From contig NC_092677.1 of the NCBI RefSeq assembly GCF_964355755.1, forward strand, positions 25,469,175-25,533,174: 64,000 bases of DNA. The letters run 5' to 3'. Source of the stretch: Antedon mediterranea (lineage: Eukaryota; Animalia; Echinodermata). Shown piece after piece: positions 49,401-61,258 of this stretch. Position numbers and translations under genes: made by a program. The notes beneath the pieces were generated by a model. That model was given only the letters and a program-made list of their open reading frames with translations. It did no database searches and had not been told where the DNA came from. Each line of letters opens with the position of its first letter. Position 1 is the stretch's first letter.

Positions 49401-52400
49401 AATCAAATCAATAAATGATGGTTTAATGGTATTTTACTTGTCCTGTCCCTGAGAAATCACAGGGTCAAATCCAGTCCAGCTCTAAAATAAGATGTTTTGA
49501 CTAACTTGTAGGTGGTACAGAGGAAAGATAGTTGAACAAGTAAAATCAGAGAAACTAGTATATACCGTGTTCTTTTTGGATTACGGGGATCTAGAAGACA
49601 TCGCAGGGGAAGATATCTATCCTATTTGGGATGATGCCCTACAGGTAAAACAAGTTTTATTTTCATGTCTTACTGTGAAGGTAGCACCTGTCCATGAAAA
49701 AAAGACAATGGTATGCAATACACAGTATATGCATACATACACTTTGGCTATGCTCCCCTCTAAAGCTCTGTCTACACTATCAAATGTGACAAAAAAATGT
49801 GATGTGCCCATATATGGACATGATGATGTCATAGCACTACCATATTTAAGAATATCGCTACCATATTTAGGCACATCACAAACTAGTTTGATAGTGTAGA
49901 CAGAGATTTAGCAGAAGTCATGCTTATATGCATATAGATAAACACATAAATACATAAATGTGATACTTGCTACGAGTATCCGTTTTATTTATTCACTTTT
50001 ACACAATTGAAAGATGCTGATTATGAAAAACTCCCAACTATTACTATTTGTTTTTTATAGCTACCATTCCAGGCGATAGAATGCAGACTGTATGGTGTGC
50101 TGCCCACCGATGAAACCTGGAACCAGGATGTTGGCAATACAATGTGGGATATATGTAATGAGAATGAAGGAAAACGAATCCTGGATGCGACGGTGAGATA
50201 TATTTACTTTTGGGTTTTTTTTTTTAATCTGCTATATTTACCTCATGATTAAATTCTCACCATCTAATGTGTTGTAGGTTTTTGTAGCTTTCTAACAAGT
50301 CAAAATAGTCTTTTTATTTCACTTTGCTTAAAATGCACTTTGATTTAGAAAATTTAAGCTTTGTTCCCACTAGAACGCAAGTGCCTTACCGACAGTACTG
50401 CAAACATCGCCACAGAAAATAAAATCAGTTTAAATTCATGCAAAGGCAAAAGAACACTGGAAAACATAGTACAGCGCGTACTCAAAAGTATGCGGGTTGA
50501 ACCAGGTCAAAGTCTACGGCATGCTAACGTTGACGCGCAGCAAGCAGGTTTGATTTCACAATTTTTGGAAGGGCATTTCATTCCGTTGCGTCGGTTGTGT
50601 TACGTTGCATCGCTAGTGGGAACTAAGCTTTAGAGGGCGCATGACTCCATGTGATGTCTATCCAACCTCGTGAAGTGAATTTTTTTGTAGATGACGTAAA
50701 TGCAACTCTGTTTAATTTTTTTTTGACCAGGTGAAATCAAAAGAACTATCTGATAGTTTGACTGCCGTAGAATACTATAATATTGAATTGAGGTTTAATG
50801 CAGCTACACCAAGTTCCTTAAGCTGCACCAGCTGTGACCTCTCGGTGAACCTTGTGCTGCAAGGTCTTGCTCTGCCATCTGAAGACACAGTTCAAGTGAG
50901 TATGTCGGAGATTCCTTTAAAAAAGTTGAATATCTGGTAATTTATGAAAGCATAGCCAACGTTAACAAACTAGGCCTAGTAGTTGAGCATATATTAAATG
51001 TATACATTATTGGGATATTTTATTATTTTTATTAAAAAATAAAATGAAGCAATTGCTCTTAGTGGGAGGCAGGAAGATGACTCAAAATATTACCGGCCTA
51101 GGGGGTATTGTGCTGCAACAGTAATAACTATAGCTTACAAAAAGCAGTTTCTTTCAACTATATTTATATTTTAAAATCCAATAATAAATTGACTTGTTTC
51201 ATTTTAGCGCATGTTTCCAACTTCTCAAGATATAGAATCTGTATCAGGCAAATGCAAGGAATATTACCAAGCCAAAGTAAGATATTTTTGTTTAGTAGAG
51301 ATGAGAGATGATTGGATTGTGTTAGGAAACTAGCAAAGCTTCTACCAAATATATTCTATGCTTATGATAACATTATGACAAACATAATAAAACATAGTTT
51401 TGTTTACAGCTCTGTCTACACTATCAAACTTTATGTGTAAAAAAAAAAATGTGATGTGCCCATATATGGACACGATGTTGTCATATTACTACCATATTTG
51501 GGCATATCACATTTTTTTGTCAAACTAGTTTGATAGTGCAGACAGAGCTTAAGAGAATAAAAAAAATTGCTAATAGTCTTGTGGTTATGATGGTACCAGA
51601 ATGTCGAACAGATGAGTCTAGATTTGTTGAAGAATACCGACTCGCACAAACTCACACCTGGTTATGCAGATTACATTGTGTCAAAGTTCAGTGTTGTTTT
51701 TTTTTTTAGGATGATGATGTAAAGCTACAGCTTGTTAAAGATATTTCAAATATTACTTCAAACATTATTAAAAGGTTTGTATAAATTTTACTGCAGTAAG
51801 TACATTTTTTTAAACTGAATTAACATGATGTTTTAATATAAAAGTTTATGAGGCAGACACTGTAATAAACAATTACCCCAAAAAAGCTTACTAAATGATT
51901 TCATAAACAGAGTAACAAAATATAATTCTTGAAGGCTGCAGTAACTGCAGTACAATAAATTTCATATGATTCATATGTGAAATTAGCAACCAGGTTCCCA
52001 ACACGTATCCTAAAAAACAGCATAAAAACACAAAACAATTCAACATTAATAAGAAATAGCCAAAAAATCTGAGATATTCAATTAAACTTACTAACAAAAA
52101 GGTTTTCATGTTTGCTATGCTTATAGATGGACAATATGGCTATCCTGATTAATTTTTAACATAGCCCAATTGTTGTAATATTAATTCATTATTGATATTT
52201 AAATTTGATTTATTACAGTGATGTAGGTCTTGAACCGCAACATGTTCGATCTCTTTGTTACATATTCTCGGTATCCACCAATCCAAATGAAAGGTTATTG
52301 CTGTTACAATCCATAGTCAGGACTTCATATAGAAACTTCAGGTAAGAATGTGCGCTTTATTGTGCTAAGGAAATCTAACAACAGGACGCTGAGCTTGCCT

Positions 52401-55400
52401 TGCTAAGATAGGAACTCGTAACAGTCCATTGATCTTATGTCTGGCTGCGACAAATACCAACAGTACTGTACTATGTACATATTATCCGTGGTGCAGTGTC
52501 TGGTAACCAAACATTAGAGGAAGCCAATCAAAAATCAGTCAAAACTTTAAGGGTGTTGAACTGTTTGTGTCGCAGCCACAGATAAACCCTTTGATCTCAG
52601 GAGCGCAGCATTTCTTGTATATATTTACTGTATATTTAACAAATTACATCTGTAGTTCACCATTTATTGGTTGCAATATGATAAATATGGATTGCTCAGA
52701 AACTAGGAAAATATTTCAAAATCCCACAAAAACTTTCCATTTTTTTTCTCTTTTAGAAATTGTGATGTAATAATTGAGCATGGTTGTATCAAGGAAGTGT
52801 GTTCACTATTGAAAAAAGTTAGTTATAAGAGATTATGTCAACAGTATCAAACTTGTTTGACAAAAAAAGGTGTAGGTGTCTGTGTTAATTAACTAACCAA
52901 ATTTCTTAAGACCCTTGGGCCTGTTAAGCTATGTCTACACTATCAAACTAGTTTGACAAAAAAGTGTGATGTACTCATATATGGTCGAGATATTCCCAAA
53001 TATGGTAGTGATATGCCATCATCATGTCCATATGGGCACTTTGCATTTTTTGTCACATAAAGTTTGATAGTGTAGACAGAGCTTAAGAGAAAATGTCAAC
53101 ATTATACGGATACGGCTTTACCACGTTGAAACACCGGTTCTCGTCAGATCACCGAAGTTAAGCGACGTTGGGCCTGGTTAGAGCTTGGATGGGAGACCAT
53201 CTGGGAATACCGGGTGCTGTATACGGAGCTGGTGTCCCGTTAGGCATTTGAAATCAGCACTGCTGACTCTTATGGCAGCCCCTGCATCTGGTATCTGCCT
53301 CAGACCTCTGGTCAAGGTGGGCACTGGACAAGAGAAGCCCTTGATCAATGTTAGGACCAATCAAGGTGCTTTAGACATTCCTGGCTTTGTTTGTATCAAA
53401 CCTGTTAGTGGCGGTAATTATCGCTGTTGGGGTCGATTAAATAAAATTTTAAAAAAATAAAAAAAATATTTTACTGTAGTTACTGCACTTCATTAGTCTG
53501 TCCTGTAATAATATTGTGTATGACAACCCTAAAAATTGGTAAAGACATTTTTAAATCAGTCTCCCCTCCCCCACCTTCCCCTCAATGCAGTGCCTTTACT
53601 GTTACTATATTACATAGCCTATGTAAATATATGAACGTGACAGATATTGCCTGCTTAGAGGTTAAATATAAGATTTGACATCCCCTTGTGAATGATATTA
53701 TCATTTCTCGAGAAATATATTTCCCTCATCTAGCGCTTCGGGAAATATATATTCCCTCGAACAAAATATCATTCCCTCGGGGATGTCAAATCTTATATTT
53801 AACCTCTAAGCAGGCAATATCTGTAAAATATTGCTTTTTTTCATTGATGCACTTATTTTATCATTTGTATAGTACAGTATATATTTTAAGTTTGATCAGA
53901 CTAGCTTTCAATTAATAGATTAACTTTTATAACTTTAACAAATAATGTTATAACTTATTTTTACAGTCAGATGATTGTGATGTAATTGAACAAGTTCTTT
54001 GTATTCTGAAGATTGTATCTATCACAAAGCGGTATGGCTTGATATTTGGGAAACCCCTATTCAGGGGACAATTTCTTGTTAAATGAACGACGGGCAATAT
54101 GTATTATAGCTAACCCCATTCAGGCAGGGAGATACATCTCCCTGATTCAGGGGAGATCCCTATTTAGAGGAAACTTTCTTACGAAATTGATGAGAGGCAG
54201 TCTTATGTTTTAACACCAAGACCAGCCCCTATTCAGGGGACATTTCCCATGAAACAAACTAAAAGGCCAACCAACACTTATTAAGGGATAGCCTTGTTGG
54301 TCCCTAAAGCGTGGTTCCCACTAGCGACGCAACACAAGGACGCAACGCAAGTGAATTGACCAATCACAAGCGATGGCTTATTCGCTTGTGATTGCTAACT
54401 GTTTATAACTTCGCTTGTCATTGGTTAAAACGCTTGCGTTGCGTTTACGTCCTTGCGTTACGTTCTAGTGGGAACCACGCTTTAAGCCTAAAGGGAAGTC
54501 CATATAAAATCTTTGATTATGTTCTTCTTGTCTTTCTGTTAGCAAACAGTGTTATTCTTTGTCTTTTAGGGTACGAGACAATTTGAATGAATTAGATGTG
54601 GATTCAATATGTGGTTTACTCGCTAGTAACAATCCATCTATTGTTAGTAATTGTTGTTTAGTTTTAAGAAAGCTGATGGCAGAGCATCCGGAGTAAGTAC
54701 TCCTTGAAACTTAGTATTTCAATAACTAATATTAAAGATGCATTGTCCCCCTGAACAAATAATTTGTACAAATTTTTTGTTGAATATGCCATTTTAATGT
54801 CACATAAACGTTATCCACTGACCAAAAATTGGATCGAAAAAAAATGTATTTACCTGACATAACTATAATATAAAGCCAATTATGTTATTTTAAAAGTGAA
54901 AACATTTTTTTCGTTTTTTTTTCTACAGAAGTTATTTTTTAATATTATTAAAACCACAAAATAACCTATTCAAAGTCTGATTTAATTAAACTTTATGTTT
55001 TTGAGAGGACAATATATCTTTACTAGAATAAATTGCTTATTTAATAATATATTAATGTTGGTATGTGAAGGAACCAAGAACTATTGAAACAAGCTGGGGG
55101 TCTGAAGATGCTCTGTGATCTTCTGAAACTGCAGAGAAGGAATGTTGATACCTGCCAAAGTATTCTGGGTGTGCTTGTAGAATGTGCGAGTAACAGTAGG
55201 TAAGAGTCAAAGTTCAAAGTTCAATTCCCATTAGCAGAAAATGCATCCATAAGAGTTCAGTTTAGAGGCTTGGTTTTTTTTTAATCGAATGGTTTCAGGT
55301 ACATGTGCACATGTAAAATGATATATAAAATATATAATTATGATAAATAACTCCTTAAAAAATCACTCTTTTTCATCACTAATGTTTACAAATTTTTCAT

Positions 55401-58400
55401 AACATCTAGAAAATCAGGCATTTTTGTTAAATGTTTGAGAGATTAATTATGTAATCTTAATCGATCAATTTCTGTCATATTTTAGGTATCGTGATAACAT
55501 AAGGGAATTAGGCGGCCTTGATGAATTGTGTGATATTATGTGGAATGTAGAAAATGAAGAGGTATTTCTTTTTGCCATCTCAAAATTATATATATATATA
55601 TGTCCAAGTACTCTCGCTTGCACTGATGAAGAGCTAGTGTTTTACTTTATCGTTTTGATTTAGCTTATTGCTTATTTTATTTTGTATCTCTCCATTGAGA
55701 TCCAGTCACTGATGCCCACAGCATTGTCATTTTTCAGTGCTTATTTTATTTTGTATATCTCCATTGATATCCAGCCACTGATGCCCACAGCATTGTCATT
55801 TTTCAGTGCTTATTTTATTTTGTATATCTCCATTGAGATCCAGTCACTGATGCCCACAGCATTGTCATTTTCCAGTGCTTATTTTATTTTGTATATCTCC
55901 ATTGAGATCCAGCCACTGATGCCCACAGCATTGTCTGTTTGCCTTTGGATTTATATATATACAAATCTATATAAATAAATAACCTGGTCAGCCTATTACT
56001 ATGGATAATAGCAACTGACTGTAGGATGGTCTATACCAATGCATTTGAACCTTGGAATGTAGGGGAAATTCCAAGGTGGGTGGAGCTAATGGGGGTAGTG
56101 CTTTGGTCGTTTGTTCCCCACAAAATTATGATCTACTTTAACTATTACTATTTGTAACTATGGACGTCCGTTTCCGAAATAAAAGTAAAATGAATTTATG
56201 AATTACTATTATTATGATGACAGCTCGTCCATGTTTAAAACTCATGGTTCCGCCCCGAAATGTGATGTGATATAACGTAATTCGACTGTTTGTTGTTCTT
56301 TATTAGTTACTCTGTCTCTCAGCACAAACTTTAAAGTTCTTGGGAAACGGTAACACAGCCAACTTGACAGCAATGATTAATGAGGGGATGCAAGATAGTA
56401 TTGAAAGGTAAAGAATTATACTCTATAGCACAGTTCACAAAGCATTGCACCCAAAGGAATGAATTGAAATGAAATACATTGGGAGCCTAAAAAAGGTCCC
56501 TTAATAGGGGTTGGCAATAGTCTTAAAACATACACTGCACTTCATTAAGATCATGAAAAATTGTCCCCTTAATAGAGGTGTCTCCTGAATAGGGGTTTGC
56601 CAAACATATACTGTTCATTATTTTAATGAAATATTGTCCCTTGATACAGGTTCCAAGGGTCTGCAGTGCATTGCTTTATCAAAATACCTTTTGGTTTACA
56701 TTTTTTAAAGAACAGAATGGGGTACCACTCGCAGCTCATTTCAGTAGTTCATACCTTACTTTTTGACTAATTCTTCCCCCTACAGTTTGTTGATGTCACC
56801 ATCATACTCTGAAGTCACCGTGCACACGCTATCGGATCTGGACATTCAGCTGCTAGAGTTTAGTTTCATGAACAAAGCTAAATTAGAACTCGTTAAAAGA
56901 GCCGAGGTAGAGGGAGTGGACATACACGCCTTACAGACTATCGAACCGCAAAGCAAACCTTTGGCGATTGCGGACAACATTCCAAAAATTGCACCAAAGA
57001 AAAAAATCGAACAGAACATTATTGTAAAGAGTAAATTGGTCAGTAGATCAAAAGATATGTCTGAGATGTACCCTGGTTATAAAGCCGCAATGTCACCGAT
57101 TTATACGCCCAACAGCTGTGACGTTGAAGAAGTTGATTTATCGGATCTTCCACCCCTTATTATTGCCGATACTACAACAAGGTACAGTACTAACATTATA
57201 AAAATATTTACTAAATCAACAGATAATTTTTAATACTTTTTTATAACTTAAGCTCTGTCCACACTATCAAACTAATTTGACAAAACAATTGTGATGTGCC
57301 CAAATATGGTAGTGATATGCTTAAATTTGGTAATGATATGTCATCATCATATCCATATATAGGCACATGACATTTTTTTGTTACAAAAAGTTTGATAGTG
57401 TAGACAGAGCTTTAATAATAAAAATTAAATTTACCAGAACAACTAACTTCTATTTTCAGAACTCATCCAAAGGTGCTATGGTCACAAAAACCGAATTTAA
57501 TTTTATTAAGCGTTCAGTTGAGAGGCGTCCAGGAGCATGACACTAATGTAACAAGCCAGACCGTGTCTTTCAGGTGAATACCAGGTTAAAGTTCAAAGGT
57601 TAAATATGAATTAAGAGAGTACTAATCTGTGACTATTAATATGCTTGAAGGAACATGATATAGGCCTGTAGCTATATCTTAAACTTCTCCCATCGTTAAA
57701 TAAAATGTAGTCCAATTAAACCAAAATGTATTCTTCTCTAAAGCTCTGTCTGCTTCATCTGACAAAATAATGTGATGTGCCCATATGTGGACATGATGCT
57801 TTAGGAATACAGACATCTTGTATTGTATGTTAAGCTCTGTCTACATTATCAAAGTTTATGTGACAAAATAATGTGATGTGCCCATATATAGACACGATGC
57901 TTTAGGAATACAGACATCTTTTATTATATGTTAAGCTCTATTTACAATATCAAAGTTTATGTGACAAAAATATGTGATGTGCCCAAATATTGTAGTAATA
58001 TGACATCATCATATCCATATATGGTAACATCAAATTTTGTCACATAAAGTTTGATAGTGTAGACAGAGCTTAAGAAATACAGATATCTTGTATGTCCTGT
58101 TTGTAGAATTATAATACATATTTTTATTTGTTTGCATTCTAGCACTATTTTAGATATAGTTTGCTACGAGTTTAGCCTGGACCTATTTGGTAGCGTATCG
58201 ACTACAAACCACGTGGTGTTGGTAACCGGTGGCGAGGTTCTTATTACATTATTTAAACAAAATCTTGTTTGTTGGCCAAGATTGACAAAATCAAAGACAA
58301 AGGTATTATTGTTTACTTCAGTTTAGATGCCTAAAGCTCTGTCTACACAATCAAACTTCATGTGACAAAAATGTGATGTGCCCGTATATGGACATGATGA

Positions 58401-59686
58401 TGTCATATCACTACCATATTAAGCATATCACTATCATATGTGGGCACATCACTCTTTTTTTAATAGTGTAGACAGAGCTTAAGTGTATCCCTACCATTTG
58501 ATTGGTTGATAACATATCGCATATTGTACATTTAATTTAATTCCACATTATTTAACCACGAGGCCCAGATCAACACAAGGTTGTCCTTCCCTGGGATTGT
58601 TGTCAGTGTGTTGAAAATGATTGTACAAAATAAAATCTTTTCCATACAAAATTCACATTTTTGTAAACATTTTGTGAATTTGTTTAGGATGCGAGGCTGG
58701 TGACTATTGCATGTTTAAAAACTAACCAGCAGTGTAACTTGTTCGTTGCGCCTCTACTCCAAAATTATAAGCACAATAAGTTTATCCAATTGGTGGGTTG
58801 CTTGCTGTAGAATTCGGATAAAAAAAAAAACCAATTTTTTTTTAAATACCTGACTGTCATAGTGTATGATTCTAAATAACTAGAGCTGACACAATGAAAA
58901 AGCAGAATTAAAGATATATTGTCCACATGAAAAATAATTTTTTTTTACATTTTTTTTAAATGTCATGTTACTGTCACATAATAGTTATTTACTTTGACCA
59001 AAACTGGATTGAAAATAACATTATTTACCTGAAAAAATATTATTTAAAGCAAGAAATACTTAAATTGTCTGTCAGACAATGAGTTTTTGGTTACCATTTA
59101 TTTTGTCTTTGTATAAGCATGGAGAAATAAGCTAACTTATTTCTCCATGGTATTAGTGAAATAAATGAAGTGAAGAACTTAATCAAAATGGCCTATTCAA
59201 AGTCTGATTTTATTAATCTTCATTTTTCATGATTTTGGGGTACAATACATCTTTAAAGTAATCATACAATAATAACGTGAGTAAATAGAGAAATAAAATG
59301 ATATCGGAACTAAATAATGTCAGGGATTATAGGGGAAGTACATTTTTAAAGGTAAAGTGTAGCCCTTCCTATAAAATTTAACTAACTAATTTAACTTTTA
59401 GTAATATTTAGATCATCTAATTAAAATGCTAAGCCATCTCTTGAATTCTTTTCTTGCTCATCATTTTTCTGTCTGGAAAATTAACAAATAGTTTTGTCAT
59501 TATTTTAGGGACAATTAATATATCTTTAAACTATTGTGTATAAATGTTGGGGTGATTTGTATATTGTAGGTATCATTTATTGGAGTTGATTTTGAACGCT
59601 GGCAAGACAATTCGTCTAGTTCTGATGGCGTCAAAAAGGAGAAGTCAGTAAAACCTACTGTAAGTCCAAAGTCAAAAGGTCAGTGA
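31418..59686 (+). CDS. TDRD12: Tudor domain-containing protein 12 (Yb-family piRNA factor): Tudor, degenerate DEAD-box helicase, CCCH, Tudor, Tudor, ARM-like region, CS; ~46 exons
   Basis: N-terminus ..LLDVTILK|VDNPWSFW; Tudor DKRWYRAKIL; helicase SPTLIESHGWPTILRGRDMVGV, PLIIVIVPRWKKA, ILIATPLCFLRLL, LCHLVFDDAD, ATWVIHFDFPSSRVMFGDR; CCCH LCKKLKTYGTCKDDHCHFRH; Tudors FHRARVE..QLVDNG..PFQVVEVFLC and WYRGKIV..FFLDYGD..LPFQAIECRL; CS domain HPKVLWSQ..CWPRLTK..IGVDFERW. The last exon could splice further at gtaagt 59660. Confidence 0.9.
36740..37010 (+). mobile_element. Deu/Nin-domain-like SINE (5'-degenerate copy)
   Basis: Core gactataaactgtaggtcc..cactttaaagaacctagtac..gagtagg..cccggtgtact shared with the 48523 copy. 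Confidence 0.6.
39348..39498. repeat. 75/76-bp tandem duplication of the 3' end of the nested kinase gene
   Basis: ttaagtgaatttgtagtc(g/a)gcgaggatag...ccacgtt(t)gt occurs twice. Confidence 0.9.
39423..41080 (-). pseudogene. Nested intronless TKL/MLK-like pseudokinase with C-terminal beta-propeller-like region; apparent 1-nt frameshift near 39920
   Basis: Kinase motifs LGKVIGSGEFSTVY, VALK, HKNLKSLNCL, KISDAL, WMAPE, SDVYSVG, RPTAKE. Reading continues in another frame (LTDQPKHDIV..CLAVSSNGFLIVSDYNGNR) after KHA*. Lies antisense in the TDRD12 intron 39004-41745. Confidence 0.75.
42478..42900. mobile_element. Harbinger-like element, one end intact
   Basis: Ends ..cgtattcgtaagattgcgaaaactcccta; same family as 16151 and 26697. 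Confidence 0.7.
44323..45002 (+). mobile_element. Crypton(V)-like non-autonomous element
   Basis: Termini ttacctccgccaaggagg..(tgtt)n agcaggattac and ggcggaggtatgccctctcggagtggctttctagtt resemble Crypton-type non-autonomous elements recalled from other animals. Confidence 0.6.
45660..46256. repeat. Intronic minisatellite, ~80-100-bp unit x~7
   Basis: Unit ..ccttaagtatcaa(g/c)ttttcacaagaggctacttctgtctaaa..tttattgacttaagtgaaat repeated, ending just before a TDRD12 acceptor. Confidence 0.9.
46790..46975 (-). mobile_element. tRNA-derived SINE family A
   Basis: Reverse complement of the 61088 copy. A partial copy lies at ~43760-43862. Confidence 0.7.
48523..48822 (+). mobile_element. tRNA-headed SINE with Deu/Nin-like central domain
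   Basis: A-box-like tggctgagcgattaag and B-box-like ggtttgaagc, followed by cggatatggactataaaccataggtcc..ttaaagaacc..gagtagg..ccccggtgtact. Confidence 0.65.
53108..53467 (+). mobile_element. 5S rRNA-derived SINE (SINE3-type) or 5S pseudogene with tail
   Basis: 53108-53224 is 5S-like (ccggttctcgtcagatcaccgaagttaagc..gggcctggttag..cttggatgggagacc..ctgggaataccgggtgctgt). It lacks an oligo-T terminator and continues ~220 bp to an A-rich tail. Confidence 0.8.
53640..53824. mobile_element. Palindromic element with ~46-bp perfect inverted arms
   Basis: acagatattgcctgcttagaggttaaatataagatttgacatcccc ... ggggatgtcaaatcttatatttaacctctaagcaggcaatatctgt. Confidence 0.75.
54308..54482. mobile_element. 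Second Harbinger-like MITE family (AGC(G/T)TGGTTCCCACTAG TIR)
   Basis: agcgtggttcccactag ... ctagtgggaaccacgct. Related copies at 50356-50631 and 61877-62090; fragments at 29460, 33459 and 63772. Confidence 0.75.
55668..55936. repeat. 69-bp tandem repeat x~4
   Basis: tgcttattttattttgtatatctccattgagatccag(t/c)cactgatgcccacagcattgtcatttt repeated; explains the spurious ORF 55682-55978. Confidence 0.9.
57742..58092. repeat. Tandem triplication of MITE end plus flank (ggaatacagacatctt)
   Basis: Two half-MITEs and one full MITE, each followed by a similar flank. Confidence 0.75.
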
Positions 59687-60812
59687 ATGTTGTTTATTTT
59701 GTTATATATTGTTTGAAGGTTTGCATGGCGAAATCAAATGTTGATATAAAGTGTAAAGACACCACGTATATTTGTTCTGAAAAGAACTGTTGAGTTTCTC
59801 AACGTTTCACTCTTGAGGACAATCAAAGTATATTGATTGAAATAGTTAAAATAAAAGAAAATTATGAAAAAAGTGGATATATATATATATATCTGACCGA
59901 ATTGTTTCGATCAAATCGTACAAAAGATAAAAGAAAGTACAAGAAAATAACAGAACAGAATAACAAGGGAATATATATTTGTATGAAGTGTAAAATCATT
60001 GTATTGATAATTTGAGAATGAAATGAATAAAATAGTGGTTAACGCCACAAAAGAGAAAAAAAAAAGTATATTGATTGAAACATGGAGAAACTCAACAGTT
60101 CTTTTCAGAACTAATATACGGTGTACCGCAAACTTTATATCAATATTTTGTTATAGTAATTCTATTTTTTTATGAAATGTTTGATGCAAATTTTTGTTAT
60201 CGGAATGAAATATGGAGACATTTTTTTGTCATGCCTAGTTTTTTTAGGGTCTGTTTCTATTGAAAAATTACGAAAGAAGGTTTTTCGTATAAACTGTTAT
60301 CGGTAGTTTGTTTATAAATGAAGATCGTATTCCAGTTTAGTATTTACTACAATAAAATCATTTGCGTCAAGTATCGTTTGTTATGAAATGACATTATTAC
60401 CCACAATACAGTTTGTTGGACGGAAATGCCACTGTTAAATGTTCAATTCAATTCAACGTCAACATTTATTTTCTTTCTTTCAATCAATAATAAAACAATT
60501 GAATAAGGTATTAAAAAAGAAAGTTAGAGTTTCAAATAATACATTTTATAAATATCAGCTATATTCATATATAGTATTTTGTTTTGTAGAGCACTCTTCA
60601 TTTCGAAACGGTACATTTTTGTTGTGAACACTATTAGCATTTTGCAAAGCTTGTTGAGCTTGTGCACTCTTTGTGTTCATAATCAGTGTACCATGTCCCG
60701 CATACCTGGCTCAGCCTATATATTGTGCCAGTTATGCGGTACATTTCATTTCGAAACCTGAGCTGCACTGACGAGATCTAATAAGATCGAAACAGTACTG
60801 TCTGCAGATTGG

Positions 60813-60844
<32 letters not shown>

Positions 60845-61087
60845 TTTCATTGAGTTGAGTTGAAAAAAATCACCATTCATACTGCTTTAGGTATGAAATA
60901 AAATAAACATTTCTTGCCGATCCAAACTGGAATCAGTTGGGGTTTTTTTTCGTGGACCTATTTCTGCTAACTTTTAAAAAAAAGTATCGAATGCCGCATT
61001 TTCGTACTCAATAGAAATGGGCCCTAAAAACCCTTCTCCTCAGCCCTTTAATTACTTCTGTCAAGATTTACTCGGATAATTGTATTG

Positions 61088-61258
61088 GTGGAGCTGTAGC
61101 TTGGTGGTTAACATGCTTGCCTTCCAATCCCGAGGTCCGGGTTCAATCCTGACGTAGTGCCAGGGTTGTAACTCAAGACTCTTGCTCCCTAAGCCTCAAA
61201 TGAGACTTTGTTTATAAGCATGATAAATTATAGAAATAGTTTATCCATCTATAATTGG
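61088..61258 (+). mobile_element. tRNA(Gly-like)-derived SINE family A, best copy
   Basis: ggagctgtagcttggtggttaacatgcttgccttccaatcccgaggtccgggttcaatcc head followed by a body shared with other copies. Confidence 0.7.

Noticed and set aside
53108-53224. Functional 5S rRNA gene
   Set aside because: Solitary, intronic, several mismatches and no oligo-T terminator; it continues into a body and A-tail, so a SINE or pseudogene fits better.
55682-55978. Repetitive membrane-protein ORF
   Set aside because: Product of a 69-bp intronic tandem repeat.
5535-58145. Many short ORFs containing [20 protein letters not shown] / [20 protein letters not shown]
   Set aside because: Translations of the dominant MITE, not a protein family.
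61090-61160. tRNA-Gly(TCC) gene
   Set aside because: The acceptor stem does not pair and the downstream body is shared by several dispersed copies, so this is a SINE head.
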